DNA of 64,000 nt. Origin: Prevotella sp. Lineage in GTDB: Bacteria; Bacteroidota; Bacteroidia; Bacteroidales; Bacteroidaceae. Below the pieces are notes generated by a model. The model did not search any database. It was not told where the DNA came from and was given only the letters and a program-made list of their open reading frames with translations. Position numbers and translations under genes: made by a program. Within the stretch, counting starts at the first letter, position 1; every line of letters starts with the position of its first letter. The stretch spans positions 12,541-76,540 of the forward strand of contig JAZRYU010000161.1 of the NCBI GenBank assembly GCA_045600885.1, in the 5' to 3' direction. Shown here in pieces: positions 37,800 to 47,902 of the stretch.

Positions 37800-38627
37800 C
37801 TAAAAACTGCTCAACCACGCTTTCAGTTCCAGAATCATTTCAACATGGTAAGGGAATGACTGGCGCATACCAAAGCCATGACCTCCCTTTGGATAAATAT
37901 GCAATGATGCAGGAACATCGTGCTTGTAAAGTTCTGTGTAATAGCTATTTCCGTGAACAGGAAGGACTCCCTGATCATCGTCTGCAAGACAGATGAATGC
38001 TCTCGGAGTAACGCGTGAAACCTGCACGTCAGTACTGTACTGTCTCTGCAGGCGTTTTGAAGGTGCTTTACCTAAAAGATTAACGCAAGAACCCTGATGA
38101 GTGAGTCCTTCCATCATGGAGATGACCGGATAGAAAAGTATCTGGAAATCAGGCTTAGCCTGTCCGCGACTCATCGTAGCAATGGTTGAAGCCAGATGAC
38201 CGCCGGCAGAAAAGCCCATGATGCCGACATTGTCATTTCTTATATCCCACTGGGCAGCATTTGCGCGAACCAGTGTCATTGCTCCCTCCGCATCCGAAAT
38301 AGGTACTTGAGGATTGCCGTGCGGCATTCGGTACTTCAGCACGACGGCAGTATAACCAAGTCCCTGGAAGAACTCTCCCCACTGGTGTCCCTCGTTCTGC
38401 ATAGAGAGATGAGTATAGCCTCCTCCAGGACAAATGACTATTGCCCTGCCTTTATTATTGCTTTTCTCAGGAAAATAAATGAACACCTGCGCGGTATCGC
38501 GCGCGTCACCGTTATCGTTTGGGGCACCATTCTGCCAAAGGTTCACTTTTACTGGGCCATTTGCCTTCTGTGCAAAGCCTGAAAGGGTAAGAATCGAAAG
38601 GATTAGGGTTAAAAATACTCGTTTCAT
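37800..38627 (-). CDS. Secreted alpha/beta hydrolase (carbohydrate esterase-like)
   Basis: Signal peptide; ICPGGGY oxyanion hole, GFSAGGHLA and GGHGFG motifs. Confidence 0.85.
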   Translation of the reverse strand: MKRVFLTLILSILTLSGFAQKANGPVKVNLWQNGAPNDNGDARDTAQVFIYFPEKSNNKGRAIVICPGGGYTHLSMQNEGHQWGEFFQGLGYTAVVLKYRMPHGNPQVPISDAEGAMTLVRANAAQWDIRNDNVGIMGFSAGGHLASTIATMSRGQAKPDFQILFYPVISMMEGLTHQGSCVNLLGKAPSKRLQRQYSTDVQVSRVTPRAFICLADDDQGVLPVHGNSYYTELYKHDVPASLHIYPKGGHGFGMRQSFPYHVEMILELKAWLSSF

Positions 38628-38762
38628 GCTGCAAAATTACTAATAAGTAAGAGAAAAACAAAAGAAATACGTATTTTCCGCAAAAAAACACACATAAATC
38701 ACTTTTTTTGATTTTTTAGCAATTTTTTCCTATATAATAATGTGTAAGCCAAAAAATAGTAA

Positions 38763-38770
38763 TAATTTTG
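38763..38770 (+). promoter_or_regulatory. -7 promoter box (TAATTTTG) for the topA operon
   Basis: TAnnTTTG followed by CAGC, 40 nt upstream of the ATG. Confidence 0.6.
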
Positions 38771-38810
38771 CAGCCCAAAACCGAAAAAGAAAACTGAATA
38801 CAGAAGAAAT

Positions 38811-41105
38811 ATGCAGAAGAACTTAGTTATCGTGGAGAGCCCTGCTAAGGCTAAAACCATCGAGCGTTTCCTCGGAAACGATTTCAAGGTTATGTCAAGC
38901 TACGGTCACATCCGCGACTTGAAAAAGAAGGGCATCTCACTTGACGAGAAAACACTCATGCCCGACTACGAAATCCCAGAAGACAAGAAAAAGGTTGTTT
39001 CTGATTTACGCGCAAACGCGAAGAAGGCCGAACAGGTCTGGCTCGCATCCGATGAAGACCGCGAAGGAGAAGCCATCTCTTGGCACCTTTGCGAAGTGCT
39101 CAAACTGGATAAGGAAAAGACCAAGCGTATCGTCTTCCATGAAATTACGAAGAATGCCATCCTTGAAGCAATAGAATCACCACGCACTCTCGACATGAAC
39201 CTCGTGAATGCTCAGCAGGCTCGTCGTGTACTCGACCGTCTGGTTGGTTTCAAACTCTCTCCTGTACTTTGGCGCAAGGTTAAGCCGGCTCTTTCTGCCG
39301 GTCGTGTGCAGAGTGTTGCCGTGCGTCTCATCGTTGAGCGCGAACGCGAGGTCACATCTTTCAAGAGCGAACCTTATTATCGCATTCAGGCTGTCTTCGC
39401 TTTAGGCGAAAAGAGCAAGGTGTTCGTAAAGGCATACCTTGACCGCCGCTTCTCTACAAAGGAAGAGGCAGAGAAGTTCCTCGAGCTCTGCAAGGACGCA
39501 GACTTCTCAGTTGCCGATGTACAGAAAAAGCCTATGAAGCGTGTTCCGGCACCACCTTTTACCACTTCTACCCTCCAGCAGGAAGCTGCCCGCAAGCTCG
39601 GCTACACTGTTTCGCAGACAATGCTCATTGCACAGCACCTCTACGAACATGGAGACATAACTTACATGCGTACCGACTCCGTAAACCTCTCTGGCCTCTG
39701 TCTCAATGCGAGCAAAAAGGAGATTATCGAGCAGTATGGCGAGGAGTACAGTAAAGTGCGCCAGTTCCACACTAACGCTAAAGGCGCACAGGAGGCTCAC
39801 GAGGCTATCCGTCCAACATACATGGATAAGACAGATATCGACGGAAACGCTTCTGAAAAGAGACTCTACGAACTTATCCGCAAGCGCACAATAGCATCAC
39901 AGATGGCTGATGCTGAGCTTGAGAAGACTACTGTGAACATTGCCATCAGCAACTCTGATGCTTGTTTCGTGGCAGACGGTGAAGTAATCGTTTTCGACGG
40001 CTTCCTGAAGGTTTACCGCGAAAGCGTTGACGATGATGACAACAGCAAGCAGGATAGCGAGTCAAACATGTTGCCACAAATGGCTGTCGGCGATGCACTT
40101 TATCGCAAGGAGATCACTGCCACACAGCGCTACTCTCAAGGTCCTATCCGCTATACTGAAGCCTCACTTGTCCACAAGCTTGAGGAACTTGGCATCGGTC
40201 GTCCATCAACTTACGCTCCTACAATCTCTACAATCCAGCAGCGCGAGTACGTTCAGAAGGGCGACAAGCCTGCTTTTGAGCGAGAATATAATCTCATCAC
40301 TCTCAAGAACGAGAAGATTACTTCTACAACAAAGAAGGAAAAGACGGGTTCTGAGAAGGGTAAACTCATGCCAACCGACATCGGTACTATCGTAAACGAT
40401 TACCTCATCGACCAGTTCCCAAACATCCTCGACTATAACTTCACTGCAAAGGTTGAGCAGGACTTTGACGCCATCGCTGAGGGTAAATCAGAGTGGCTTG
40501 AATCTATACAGATTTTCAATACGGATTTCGAGAAGGACGTGGAAGCTGCCATGGGCACTCACAGCGAGCACAAGGTAGGCGAACGCGAACTCGGCATTGA
40601 CCCTAAGTCTGGCAAACCTATATTCGTAAAGATCGGTCGTTTCGGTCCTGTCGTACAGCTTGGCGCAGCAAGCGAGTCGGATAAGCCTTCATTCGCACAG
40701 CTTCCTGCCGGCATGACGATGAACGAGCTCACTCTTGAGGACGCTCTCAAACTCTTTGAACTTCCGAAGGAACTCGGTAAGTACGAGGGCAAGGTCGTAA
40801 GCATCGGCACAGGTCGTTTCGGACCTTACGTTCTCCATAACAAGAAATACACTTCCATTCCTAAGGGTACAGACCCAATGTCTCTCACTCTCGAAGATGC
40901 CATCAGCCTCATTGAGGAGAAGCAGAAGGCTGAAGAGAAGAAGGTTGTCAAGACTTTCGAGGAAGACAAGAAACTCGAAGTGCGCACAGGTAGATACGGC
41001 ATTTACCTTGCTTACGGCGGCAAGAACTTCCGTCTGACAAAGGCGCAGCAGCAGAATGCCGAAAACCTCACTTACGAAGAGTGCATGGAGGTTATAAATA
41101 AATAA
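38811..41105 (+). CDS. topA: DNA topoisomerase I (type IA) with Topo_C repeats
   Basis: VIVESPAKAKTI, SDEDREGE, SAGRVQS, ITYMRTDS (catalytic Tyr) and GRFGP repeats. Confidence 0.97.
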   Translation: MQKNLVIVESPAKAKTIERFLGNDFKVMSSYGHIRDLKKKGISLDEKTLMPDYEIPEDKKKVVSDLRANAKKAEQVWLASDEDREGEAISWHLCEVLKLDKEKTKRIVFHEITKNAILEAIESPRTLDMNLVNAQQARRVLDRLVGFKLSPVLWRKVKPALSAGRVQSVAVRLIVEREREVTSFKSEPYYRIQAVFALGEKSKVFVKAYLDRRFSTKEEAEKFLELCKDADFSVADVQKKPMKRVPAPPFTTSTLQQEAARKLGYTVSQTMLIAQHLYEHGDITYMRTDSVNLSGLCLNASKKEIIEQYGEEYSKVRQFHTNAKGAQEAHEAIRPTYMDKTDIDGNASEKRLYELIRKRTIASQMADAELEKTTVNIAISNSDACFVADGEVIVFDGFLKVYRESVDDDDNSKQDSESNMLPQMAVGDALYRKEITATQRYSQGPIRYTEASLVHKLEELGIGRPSTYAPTISTIQQREYVQKGDKPAFEREYNLITLKNEKITSTTKKEKTGSEKGKLMPTDIGTIVNDYLIDQFPNILDYNFTAKVEQDFDAIAEGKSEWLESIQIFNTDFEKDVEAAMGTHSEHKVGERELGIDPKSGKPIFVKIGRFGPVVQLGAASESDKPSFAQLPAGMTMNELTLEDALKLFELPKELGKYEGKVVSIGTGRFGPYVLHNKKYTSIPKGTDPMSLTLEDAISLIEEKQKAEEKKVVKTFEEDKKLEVRTGRYGIYLAYGGKNFRLTKAQQQNAENLTYEECMEVINK

Positions 41106-41109
41106 TGTC

Positions 41110-41634
41110 ATGAAACGAATAATCCTCATAGGCTACATGGGTGCAGGCAAGACCACTGTCGGTCATCAGCTCTCAAAGAAGACTGGCATGATGTTCTATG
41201 ACCTTGACTGGTACATTGAGTCACGCTACCGCACCACCGTTTCCAACATCTTCGCCGAGAAAGGCGAAGAAGGCTTCCGCAAGATAGAACAGGCTCTGCT
41301 TCATGAAGTGGCAGAGTTTGAAGACGTCATAATATCCTGTGGTGGTGGTACTCCTTGTTTCTTTGATAACATGGAGTACCTCAACGAGCAGGGTGAGACC
41401 ATCTACCTGAAGTGCTCGCCAGACGTTCTCTTCACCCATCTTCAGATGGGAAAGACTGAACGACCACTCCTCAAGGACAAAACACCAGAGGAAACGAAAG
41501 CCTTCATTTCCGAACAGCTCCAGCAGCGCGAGAAATTCTACAACAAAGCAAAGCACATCATCGACGTTACCCTCCTGGACAGCTATGATAAGATACAGCA
41601 ATCTGTTGAGAAAATCCTGGAAGCTGTGAAATAA
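41110..41634 (+). CDS. aroK: Shikimate kinase
   Basis: GYMGAGKTT, DLD, SCGGG and RPLL motifs. Confidence 0.94.
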   Translation: MKRIILIGYMGAGKTTVGHQLSKKTGMMFYDLDWYIESRYRTTVSNIFAEKGEEGFRKIEQALLHEVAEFEDVIISCGGGTPCFFDNMEYLNEQGETIYLKCSPDVLFTHLQMGKTERPLLKDKTPEETKAFISEQLQQREKFYNKAKHIIDVTLLDSYDKIQQSVEKILEAVK

Positions 41635-41677
41635 GTTAACTATTCAATGATAAAACAAACTCCTCTAACCTTCACTA

Positions 41678-44251
41678 ATGATGAGAACCCTTAAATCCCT
41701 CACTCTCCTTTTCGCTCTCTTCATGAGCATTTCATCATCTGCCCAGCAGTCGTTATGGCCAACAGCAGCACCCGAAGCAAAACCTTTCAGCCGCTGGTGG
41801 TGGCTTGGCAGTGCTGTAGATGAGCAGAACCTTGACTACCTCCTTGACGAATATGCCAAGGCAGGACTTGGAGGACTTGAAATAACTCCTATCTACGGTG
41901 TTCAGAAGAACGAAGCTAACGACATCCAGTTCCTTTCTCCAAGATGGATGCAGATTCTCAGTTTCCTAAACGCAAAGGGCGACAAGGTGGGATTGAAGAT
42001 AGACATGAACACTGGCACAGGATGGCCTTTCGGAGGACCGCTGGTCTCCCTGGAAGATGCTGCCTGCAAAGCCGACTTTGACCAGGACGGCAAGCTCATC
42101 GTAGGCAAGACTAAACAGAAGGTTAAGCGTGCTGCTCCCGGAGGAGAAGGTTTCGTTATTGACCATTTCAGCAAGCAGGCTGTTGAGCGTTATCTTGACC
42201 GCTTCACTAAAGCATTCGCTGAATCAGGAGCCCGCTATCCGCACAATTTCTTTAATGATTCTTACGAGGTTTACGGTGCAAGTTGGACACCTGCTCTCTT
42301 TGACGAATTCAAGAAGCGTAGGGGCTATGATTTAGCAAAGTACAACGACCTTTTGCGCAAGGTTTTCGACAGCAAGAGCGAAGCGGCAAAGGCAATAGCC
42401 GTTGACGAAAACTCTGACGAAAGCCGCAGAATAATTTCTGATTATCGCCAGACTCTCGGCGAACTTCTCCTTGAGAATTTCACCAAGACTTGGACTTCTT
42501 GGGCTCATGAGCATGGTACTGTTACACGTAATCAGGCTCACGGTTCTCCAGGCAACCTCATCGACATTTACGCTGCGGTGGACATCCCTGAATGTGAGGG
42601 TTTCGGACTGTCACAGTTTGGCATTAAGAATCTGCGTCAAGATTCTCTTGTTCGCAAGAACTATTCTGATCTTTCCATGCTGAAATACGCCTCATCTGCC
42701 GCTCACATCTCTGGCAAGAATCTCACTTCTTCTGAATCTTTCACATGGCTTACCGAGCATTTCCGCACCTCTCTCTCACAGTGTAAGCCTGAGATTGACC
42801 TCTTCATGACTGCCGGCATCAACCACATGTATTTCCACGGCACATGCTATTCGCCTAAGGACGATCCATGGCCAGGATGGAAGTTCTATGCTTCTGTTGA
42901 CATGTCTCCTACGAACTCTATCTGGAAAGATGCTCCAGAAATGTGTAAATACATCACTCGCTGCCAGTCGTTCATGCAGATGGGACAACCTGACAACGAC
43001 TTCCTCGTGTACGTACCTATATATGATATGTGGCAGGAGAACGGCGGCGGACTTCTTATGTTTGACATTCATAAGATGGACCGACTCGCTCCAAAGTTCA
43101 TCGCTTCCATCAATTCCATCGTAAAGCAAGGTTACGACTGCGATTACATCTCGGACAATTTCATCCGTACGCTTACCTTCCAAAACGGAATGCTTCGCAC
43201 AGAAGGTGGCACTGAATACAAAGGCCTTGTGGTTCCTGGTGCAAAGCTTATGCCGCACGACGTTCTTGCCAAGCTTCTCGACCTCTCTAAGCAGGGCGCT
43301 ACAATCGTTTTCCTTGACCAGTTCCCAGAAGACGTTCCTGGCTTCGGCGACCTCAAAGCTCGTCGCAAGGCTTTCAAGAAGATTGCAAAGCAGCTGCCTA
43401 AGTACTGCGCTTCTTCACTCTCTGCCCTCAATGCTGTTCCTGAGGAAATGAAGACTAAGTTCGGTCTTTCTGCCATCCGTCGCAAGAACGACACTGGCTA
43501 TCACTACTTCATCTCTTCTCTTCAGGACAAAGGTGTAAGCGAATGGATCTCTCTTGGCGTTGACGCTGAGGAGGTTGCATGGTTCAACCCGATGAACGGC
43601 GAGGTCAAGAAAGCCATCACTCGCAAGCAGGATGGTAAGACTCAGGTTTATCTCCATCTTGAATCGGGCGAATCTTGTATTCTCCAAACTTACAGCAAAG
43701 CATCTTCTGCTCCTGCTCTTCAGGTTACAGACAAGATTCTTGAGCCTACTGGCGAAAAGATTGTCCTTGACAAGGATTGGACAATCTCTTTCCCAACACT
43801 CAAAAAAGACACGCTCATCAATCGACCTTGCTCTTGGACAGAACTTGGCGACGCCCAGCTTGACTCTCTCGCTGGCAGCGGTATCTACACCGTAAATATT
43901 GACATTGAGCCAGAAATGCTCAAATCATCAAATCGCCTGATCTTAAATCTCGGTGATGTCCGCGAGAGTGCTCGCGTAACCATCAACGGCAAATGTGCTG
44001 GAACACTTTGGGCTGTTCCTTTCAAGCTTGACGTAACAGACTTCCTCCACTCAGGCTGCAACACTCTTGAGGTGGAAGTAACAAATCTCCCTGCCAACCG
44101 CATTGCTGCTCTTGACCGTAAAGGCATTCCTTGGCGAAAGTACAAGGAAATCAACCTCGTAGATCTCGACTACAAGAAAACAGGCTATGCTCATTGGCAG
44201 CTTATGGAATCGGGCTTAAATTCCGTTCCTGTAATCGAGATTCACAAATAA
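41678..44251 (+). CDS. Glycoside hydrolase family 106 (alpha-L-rhamnosidase-like)
   Basis: Signal peptide; KPFSRWWWLG, GGLEITPIYG, GTGWPFGGP, FNDSYE and SSESFTW motifs. Confidence 0.85.
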   Translation: MMRTLKSLTLLFALFMSISSSAQQSLWPTAAPEAKPFSRWWWLGSAVDEQNLDYLLDEYAKAGLGGLEITPIYGVQKNEANDIQFLSPRWMQILSFLNAKGDKVGLKIDMNTGTGWPFGGPLVSLEDAACKADFDQDGKLIVGKTKQKVKRAAPGGEGFVIDHFSKQAVERYLDRFTKAFAESGARYPHNFFNDSYEVYGASWTPALFDEFKKRRGYDLAKYNDLLRKVFDSKSEAAKAIAVDENSDESRRIISDYRQTLGELLLENFTKTWTSWAHEHGTVTRNQAHGSPGNLIDIYAAVDIPECEGFGLSQFGIKNLRQDSLVRKNYSDLSMLKYASSAAHISGKNLTSSESFTWLTEHFRTSLSQCKPEIDLFMTAGINHMYFHGTCYSPKDDPWPGWKFYASVDMSPTNSIWKDAPEMCKYITRCQSFMQMGQPDNDFLVYVPIYDMWQENGGGLLMFDIHKMDRLAPKFIASINSIVKQGYDCDYISDNFIRTLTFQNGMLRTEGGTEYKGLVVPGAKLMPHDVLAKLLDLSKQGATIVFLDQFPEDVPGFGDLKARRKAFKKIAKQLPKYCASSLSALNAVPEEMKTKFGLSAIRRKNDTGYHYFISSLQDKGVSEWISLGVDAEEVAWFNPMNGEVKKAITRKQDGKTQVYLHLESGESCILQTYSKASSAPALQVTDKILEPTGEKIVLDKDWTISFPTLKKDTLINRPCSWTELGDAQLDSLAGSGIYTVNIDIEPEMLKSSNRLILNLGDVRESARVTINGKCAGTLWAVPFKLDVTDFLHSGCNTLEVEVTNLPANRIAALDRKGIPWRKYKEINLVDLDYKKTGYAHWQLMESGLNSVPVIEIHK

Positions 44252-44257
44252 GCAGAA

Positions 44258-45748
44258 ATGACACAATATCCAATTCCACGAATATTATTATTTCTGTGCA
44301 TAGGCATTGCCTTGGCCGACCATTTGCGTCAGGTTGAGGCAATGCCTTTTTGTTGGGCATTGTGTCTCGCATTGAGTTTATTCTGCAGCTTTATCCAGCG
44401 CAAGAATGCCACCGTCTCTTCCGTCATGATCCTTACCTCCGCCATGTTCCTCGGCTCTCTGACCATGAGCCTTGACTGGCGTTCAAGGAAGCACTCTTTT
44501 CCGCAGCAACCGCTTCATTATTCTGCCGTCATCAGCAATACTCCGAGGCATACTACCAAAGATAAACAGGAATGCGACCTCCTAACCACTTCTTTCTCCA
44601 AAGAATATAAGCTCAAAGCCTACATTCGCTCTACAGAACGGCTTCATGAAGGCGACACAATAACCTGCACTTCCCGTTGGAACAAGCCGAAGAATTTCTT
44701 CTCTTCTAAGAGATTCGACTATGCTCTCTACCTTCGTCGTCACGGCTATGCGGCTACGACTTTCATTGATATGGAAGACAATCAACTATCCCGGGGTATT
44801 CAGTCTCTTCGTTCACGTCTTCTGTCTTATCTTCGTCCTGACAGCACGCAGAGTCAGGACGCTGCCATAGTGTCGGCAATGGTTCTTGGCGACAGATCAC
44901 AACTCTCTCCTCAGACAAAAACGGACTATTCTTCTGCGGGAGTTTCCCATGTACTTGCACTCTCCGGACTTCACGTCAGCATTCTCCTAAGCATTATCTC
45001 CCTATTCCTTCTCGGCATGAGCAAAAAGAAGGCGGCTGTGATAAAGCTGTTCTTCGTCTGGTCGTTCACGCTGCTCGTTGGCTCTCCCATCTCGCTTCTC
45101 CGTGTGGCTATCATGCTGACTATAATGATTTTAGCTGATTCTGTCAATAGGATTACGAATACGCTAAGCACACTCTTCACTGCTGCATTCCTGATTCTCC
45201 TCTTCTCGCCGCAGAGTCTTTACGACGTTGGTTTTCAGCTTTCCTTCACTTCCGTTTTCTTCATAGTCGGAAGCACGCAACTCTTCCGTGAAAAGATGTA
45301 CTATTTCCTTCTCAACAAAGGCATCATTTTCTCGTATTTCTTCAACATCCTCTTCATCTCTTTAGCGGCACAGCTTGGCACTCTGCCTCTGATACTCTAC
45401 CACTTCGGGCAGTTTCCTACATACTTCCTTCTCTCAAACATCTTCATCGGACTCTTCGCAACAATCATCCTTCTGTTCTCTGTCATTACCATACTCGTAG
45501 CACTTATGAATGCTGGTATAGGAATGCTGACAGAAGGTGTCACGTTCCTTGCTGACCTTCACTCCTACTGTCAGCAAGCCCTCAGCATGACGGCTTCGCT
45601 GATGAACTCCTCCGTCCACTTCATAGCCTCCCTCCCCTACTCTTCCATCAGGGAATTATACCTCTCTCTCCCACAGGTTTTCTTCGTCTATCTACTCATT
45701 GCATTATTGGCATGGAGAGTATCCTTTTCGCACCAATTTCACCCTTAA
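44258..45748 (+). CDS. ComEC/Rec2 family competence membrane protein
   Basis: OB-fold-like region with FDYALYL; AGVSHVLALSGLHV and DVGFQLSF motifs; no C-terminal MBL domain. Confidence 0.88.
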   Translation: MTQYPIPRILLFLCIGIALADHLRQVEAMPFCWALCLALSLFCSFIQRKNATVSSVMILTSAMFLGSLTMSLDWRSRKHSFPQQPLHYSAVISNTPRHTTKDKQECDLLTTSFSKEYKLKAYIRSTERLHEGDTITCTSRWNKPKNFFSSKRFDYALYLRRHGYAATTFIDMEDNQLSRGIQSLRSRLLSYLRPDSTQSQDAAIVSAMVLGDRSQLSPQTKTDYSSAGVSHVLALSGLHVSILLSIISLFLLGMSKKKAAVIKLFFVWSFTLLVGSPISLLRVAIMLTIMILADSVNRITNTLSTLFTAAFLILLFSPQSLYDVGFQLSFTSVFFIVGSTQLFREKMYYFLLNKGIIFSYFFNILFISLAAQLGTLPLILYHFGQFPTYFLLSNIFIGLFATIILLFSVITILVALMNAGIGMLTEGVTFLADLHSYCQQALSMTASLMNSSVHFIASLPYSSIRELYLSLPQVFFVYLLIALLAWRVSFSHQFHP

Positions 45749-45920
45749 AGGGCTTCTTCTGTGACACATTAATAAGATATAACACAATAAAACACTACCT
45801 ACATCAACGCTTTTCTGCCGATTATTTCTCTTTTTTATAAATTTTCAGTAAATTTGCGGCGTAATTGTCTAATCTCAAACCTGTCTGATCATAGAATCCG
45901 CAAAACAACAAATCTCTGAA

Positions 45921-47201
45921 ACGTCAGCAGAAAAAACAAAGCTCTTCATCCGCGAGCATCTTTCTGACGACGTTAGACGACTGGCACTGACAAAGCCCAG
46001 TGCCGATGTTGACTTGCACTATGCTCTTCAGCAGATTGACGGCAGACAGCGGGCAAAAAACAAACTCCCACTGTTGGCGGCGAATCCAGACATCGTCTTT
46101 CCTGTACATCTTTCCGTTGAACAATGTTCTTCGGAAACGACTGCTGAGTATAAGGCAGAACTTCTTCTTGACTATGCTTCTCGTCAGCAAGAAGGAAAGT
46201 CCTCACTGCCAAGCAGACTGACTGACCTCACTGGCGGTTTCGGAATAGACTTTATGGCTCTCGCAGCGCATTTCAATGAGGCTGTTTACGTTGAGCGCAA
46301 CGCAGATCTCTGCGAGATTGCCCGACAGAACTTCCATACTCTCGGCATCCGTAATGCTGAGGTGTTAAACTCTGAGGCGGAAAGCATTCTCGGGCAGGAT
46401 TTAGGCGAAAAGGAGGATCTTTCAGGCGAGAAAGAAAATTCTTCAAGCAAGAAGGAGAAAGACGGGAAAAAGACGCTGTTCTTCATTGACCCAGCCCGTC
46501 GCTCTGAATCGGGAGCACGAACATTCGCCATAAGCGACTGCACTCCTGACGTAATCTCGCTCATGCCACAACTGAGGGAACTGGGCACGCTGCTTTTCCT
46601 AAAGCTTTCGCCAATGCTCGACTGGCACAAGGCTGTGGAAGACATTGAGAAATGCGGAGCAAACGTAGCGGAGGTTCACATCGTTTCTGTCAAGAACGAA
46701 TGTAAGGAACTCCTTCTCCTCGTTGAACTTCAGCGCATTCCGCAACCAGAGACCCAGCTCTTCTGCAAAAACGACAACAGCGTTATTGAGATTATCCCCG
46801 ATGGTTCTCCATCGGGCATTACCGCGACATCACGGGCCTCGACGGACGACACCGCTTTCCTCCTTCTTCCAAACACTTCGGTTATGAAGGCTGGATGCTG
46901 GGATTTCATCACAAGGCGTTACGGAGTTCATCCTGCCGACCGCAACTCCCACCTCTTTTTCTCCGACAAAGAGGTTTCGGATTTCCCTGGGAAACAGTTT
47001 GCCGTCAGAACCATTTGCTCTATGAACAAGAAGGAACTGAAGACAGCTCTCAGCGGCATCAGTCAGGCGAACATCTCGATAAGGAACTTCCCGCTCTCTG
47101 CCGATGCCCTCCGCAAGCGGCTAAAGCTCAAAGATGGCGGCTCCACATTCATCTTCGCCACCACGATCCGTGGCGAACACAAGCTGATAATAACAGAGTA
47201 A
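45921..47201 (+). CDS. Class I SAM-dependent methyltransferase with C-terminal THUMP-like domain; start codon uncertain
   Basis: EQCSSE, DLTGGFGID, FIDPARR, KLSPMLD and RNFPLSADALRKRLKLKDGG motifs. The frame is open from 45873 but the first TTG/ATG/GTG is at 46014. Confidence 0.8.
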   Translation, partial: TSAEKTKLFIREHLSDDVRRLALTKPSADVDLHYALQQIDGRQRAKNKLPLLAANPDIVFPVHLSVEQCSSETTAEYKAELLLDYASRQQEGKSSLPSRLTDLTGGFGIDFMALAAHFNEAVYVERNADLCEIARQNFHTLGIRNAEVLNSEAESILGQDLGEKEDLSGEKENSSSKKEKDGKKTLFFIDPARRSESGARTFAISDCTPDVISLMPQLRELGTLLFLKLSPMLDWHKAVEDIEKCGANVAEVHIVSVKNECKELLLLVELQRIPQPETQLFCKNDNSVIEIIPDGSPSGITATSRASTDDTAFLLLPNTSVMKAGCWDFITRRYGVHPADRNSHLFFSDKEVSDFPGKQFAVRTICSMNKKELKTALSGISQANISIRNFPLSADALRKRLKLKDGGSTFIFATTIRGEHKLIITE

Positions 47202-47216
47202 AAAACATAAAAAAAT

Positions 47217-47747
47217 ATGAACAACCCAGTCCTCTTAAAGAACCTCCGTTCTATTCCTGATTTCCCAATCAAGGGAATCAATTTCCGCGACGTTACCACT
47301 CTCTTCAAGGATGCAGAGTGTATCAAGATAATCACCGACGAACTGTACGAAATGTACAAAGACGCAGGCATCACAAAGATTGTCGGCATTGAAAGCCGCG
47401 GCTTCGTAATGTCTTCCGCTCTTGCCGTTCGTTTGGGTGCAGGTGTGGTACTCTGCCGCAAGCCAGGCAAGCTTCCTGCTGAAACTGTCAAGGAAACATA
47501 CGCTAAGGAATACGGCGAAGACACTATTGAAATCCACTGCGATGCCATCACAGAAGACGATGTTGTCCTCCTTCATGACGACCTCCTCGCCACTGGCGGC
47601 ACAATGCGCGCAGCATACAACCTCGTAAAGAAGTTCAATCCAAAGAAGATTCTCGTCAACTTCCTCATTGAGATTTCCGATGAAGGTCTTGACGGCCGTT
47701 CTGCGTTTGAAGAGGGCACTGACATCCGCACTCTCATGCAGATGTAG
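47217..47747 (+). CDS. apt: Adenine phosphoribosyltransferase
   Basis: IPDFPIKGINFRD, GIESRGF, RKPGKLP and DDLLATGGT motifs. Confidence 0.95.
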   Translation: MNNPVLLKNLRSIPDFPIKGINFRDVTTLFKDAECIKIITDELYEMYKDAGITKIVGIESRGFVMSSALAVRLGAGVVLCRKPGKLPAETVKETYAKEYGEDTIEIHCDAITEDDVVLLHDDLLATGGTMRAAYNLVKKFNPKKILVNFLIEISDEGLDGRSAFEEGTDIRTLMQM

Positions 47748-47846
47748 GGCGAAGTTTACTGAGCCGCAATTCAGGTTTTAAGCGGCTGAAACGGCTCGGA
47801 AGGTTTAGCTCGGCGGCCGAAGGGAAAGCCAAATCCTCGCCCTACA
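47743..47846. repeat. GTAG-type REP doublet, copy 1 (supplies the apt stop codon)
   Basis: tgtagggcga ... tcgccctaca ends; internal gagccgcaattcaggtttta..ctgaaacggctcggaa is shared with 55491-55571. Confidence 0.75.
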
Positions 47847-47902
47847 AGTAAAAGGACATCATGTATATCACTACCAAAACTAAAAATCCCCAAACCGAAA
47901 GA

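Noticed and set aside
44258-45748. ComEC lacking the metallo-beta-lactamase domain as a pseudogene
   Set aside because: The ORF is intact with a full competence domain, and MBL-less ComEC is common in Bacteroidota.
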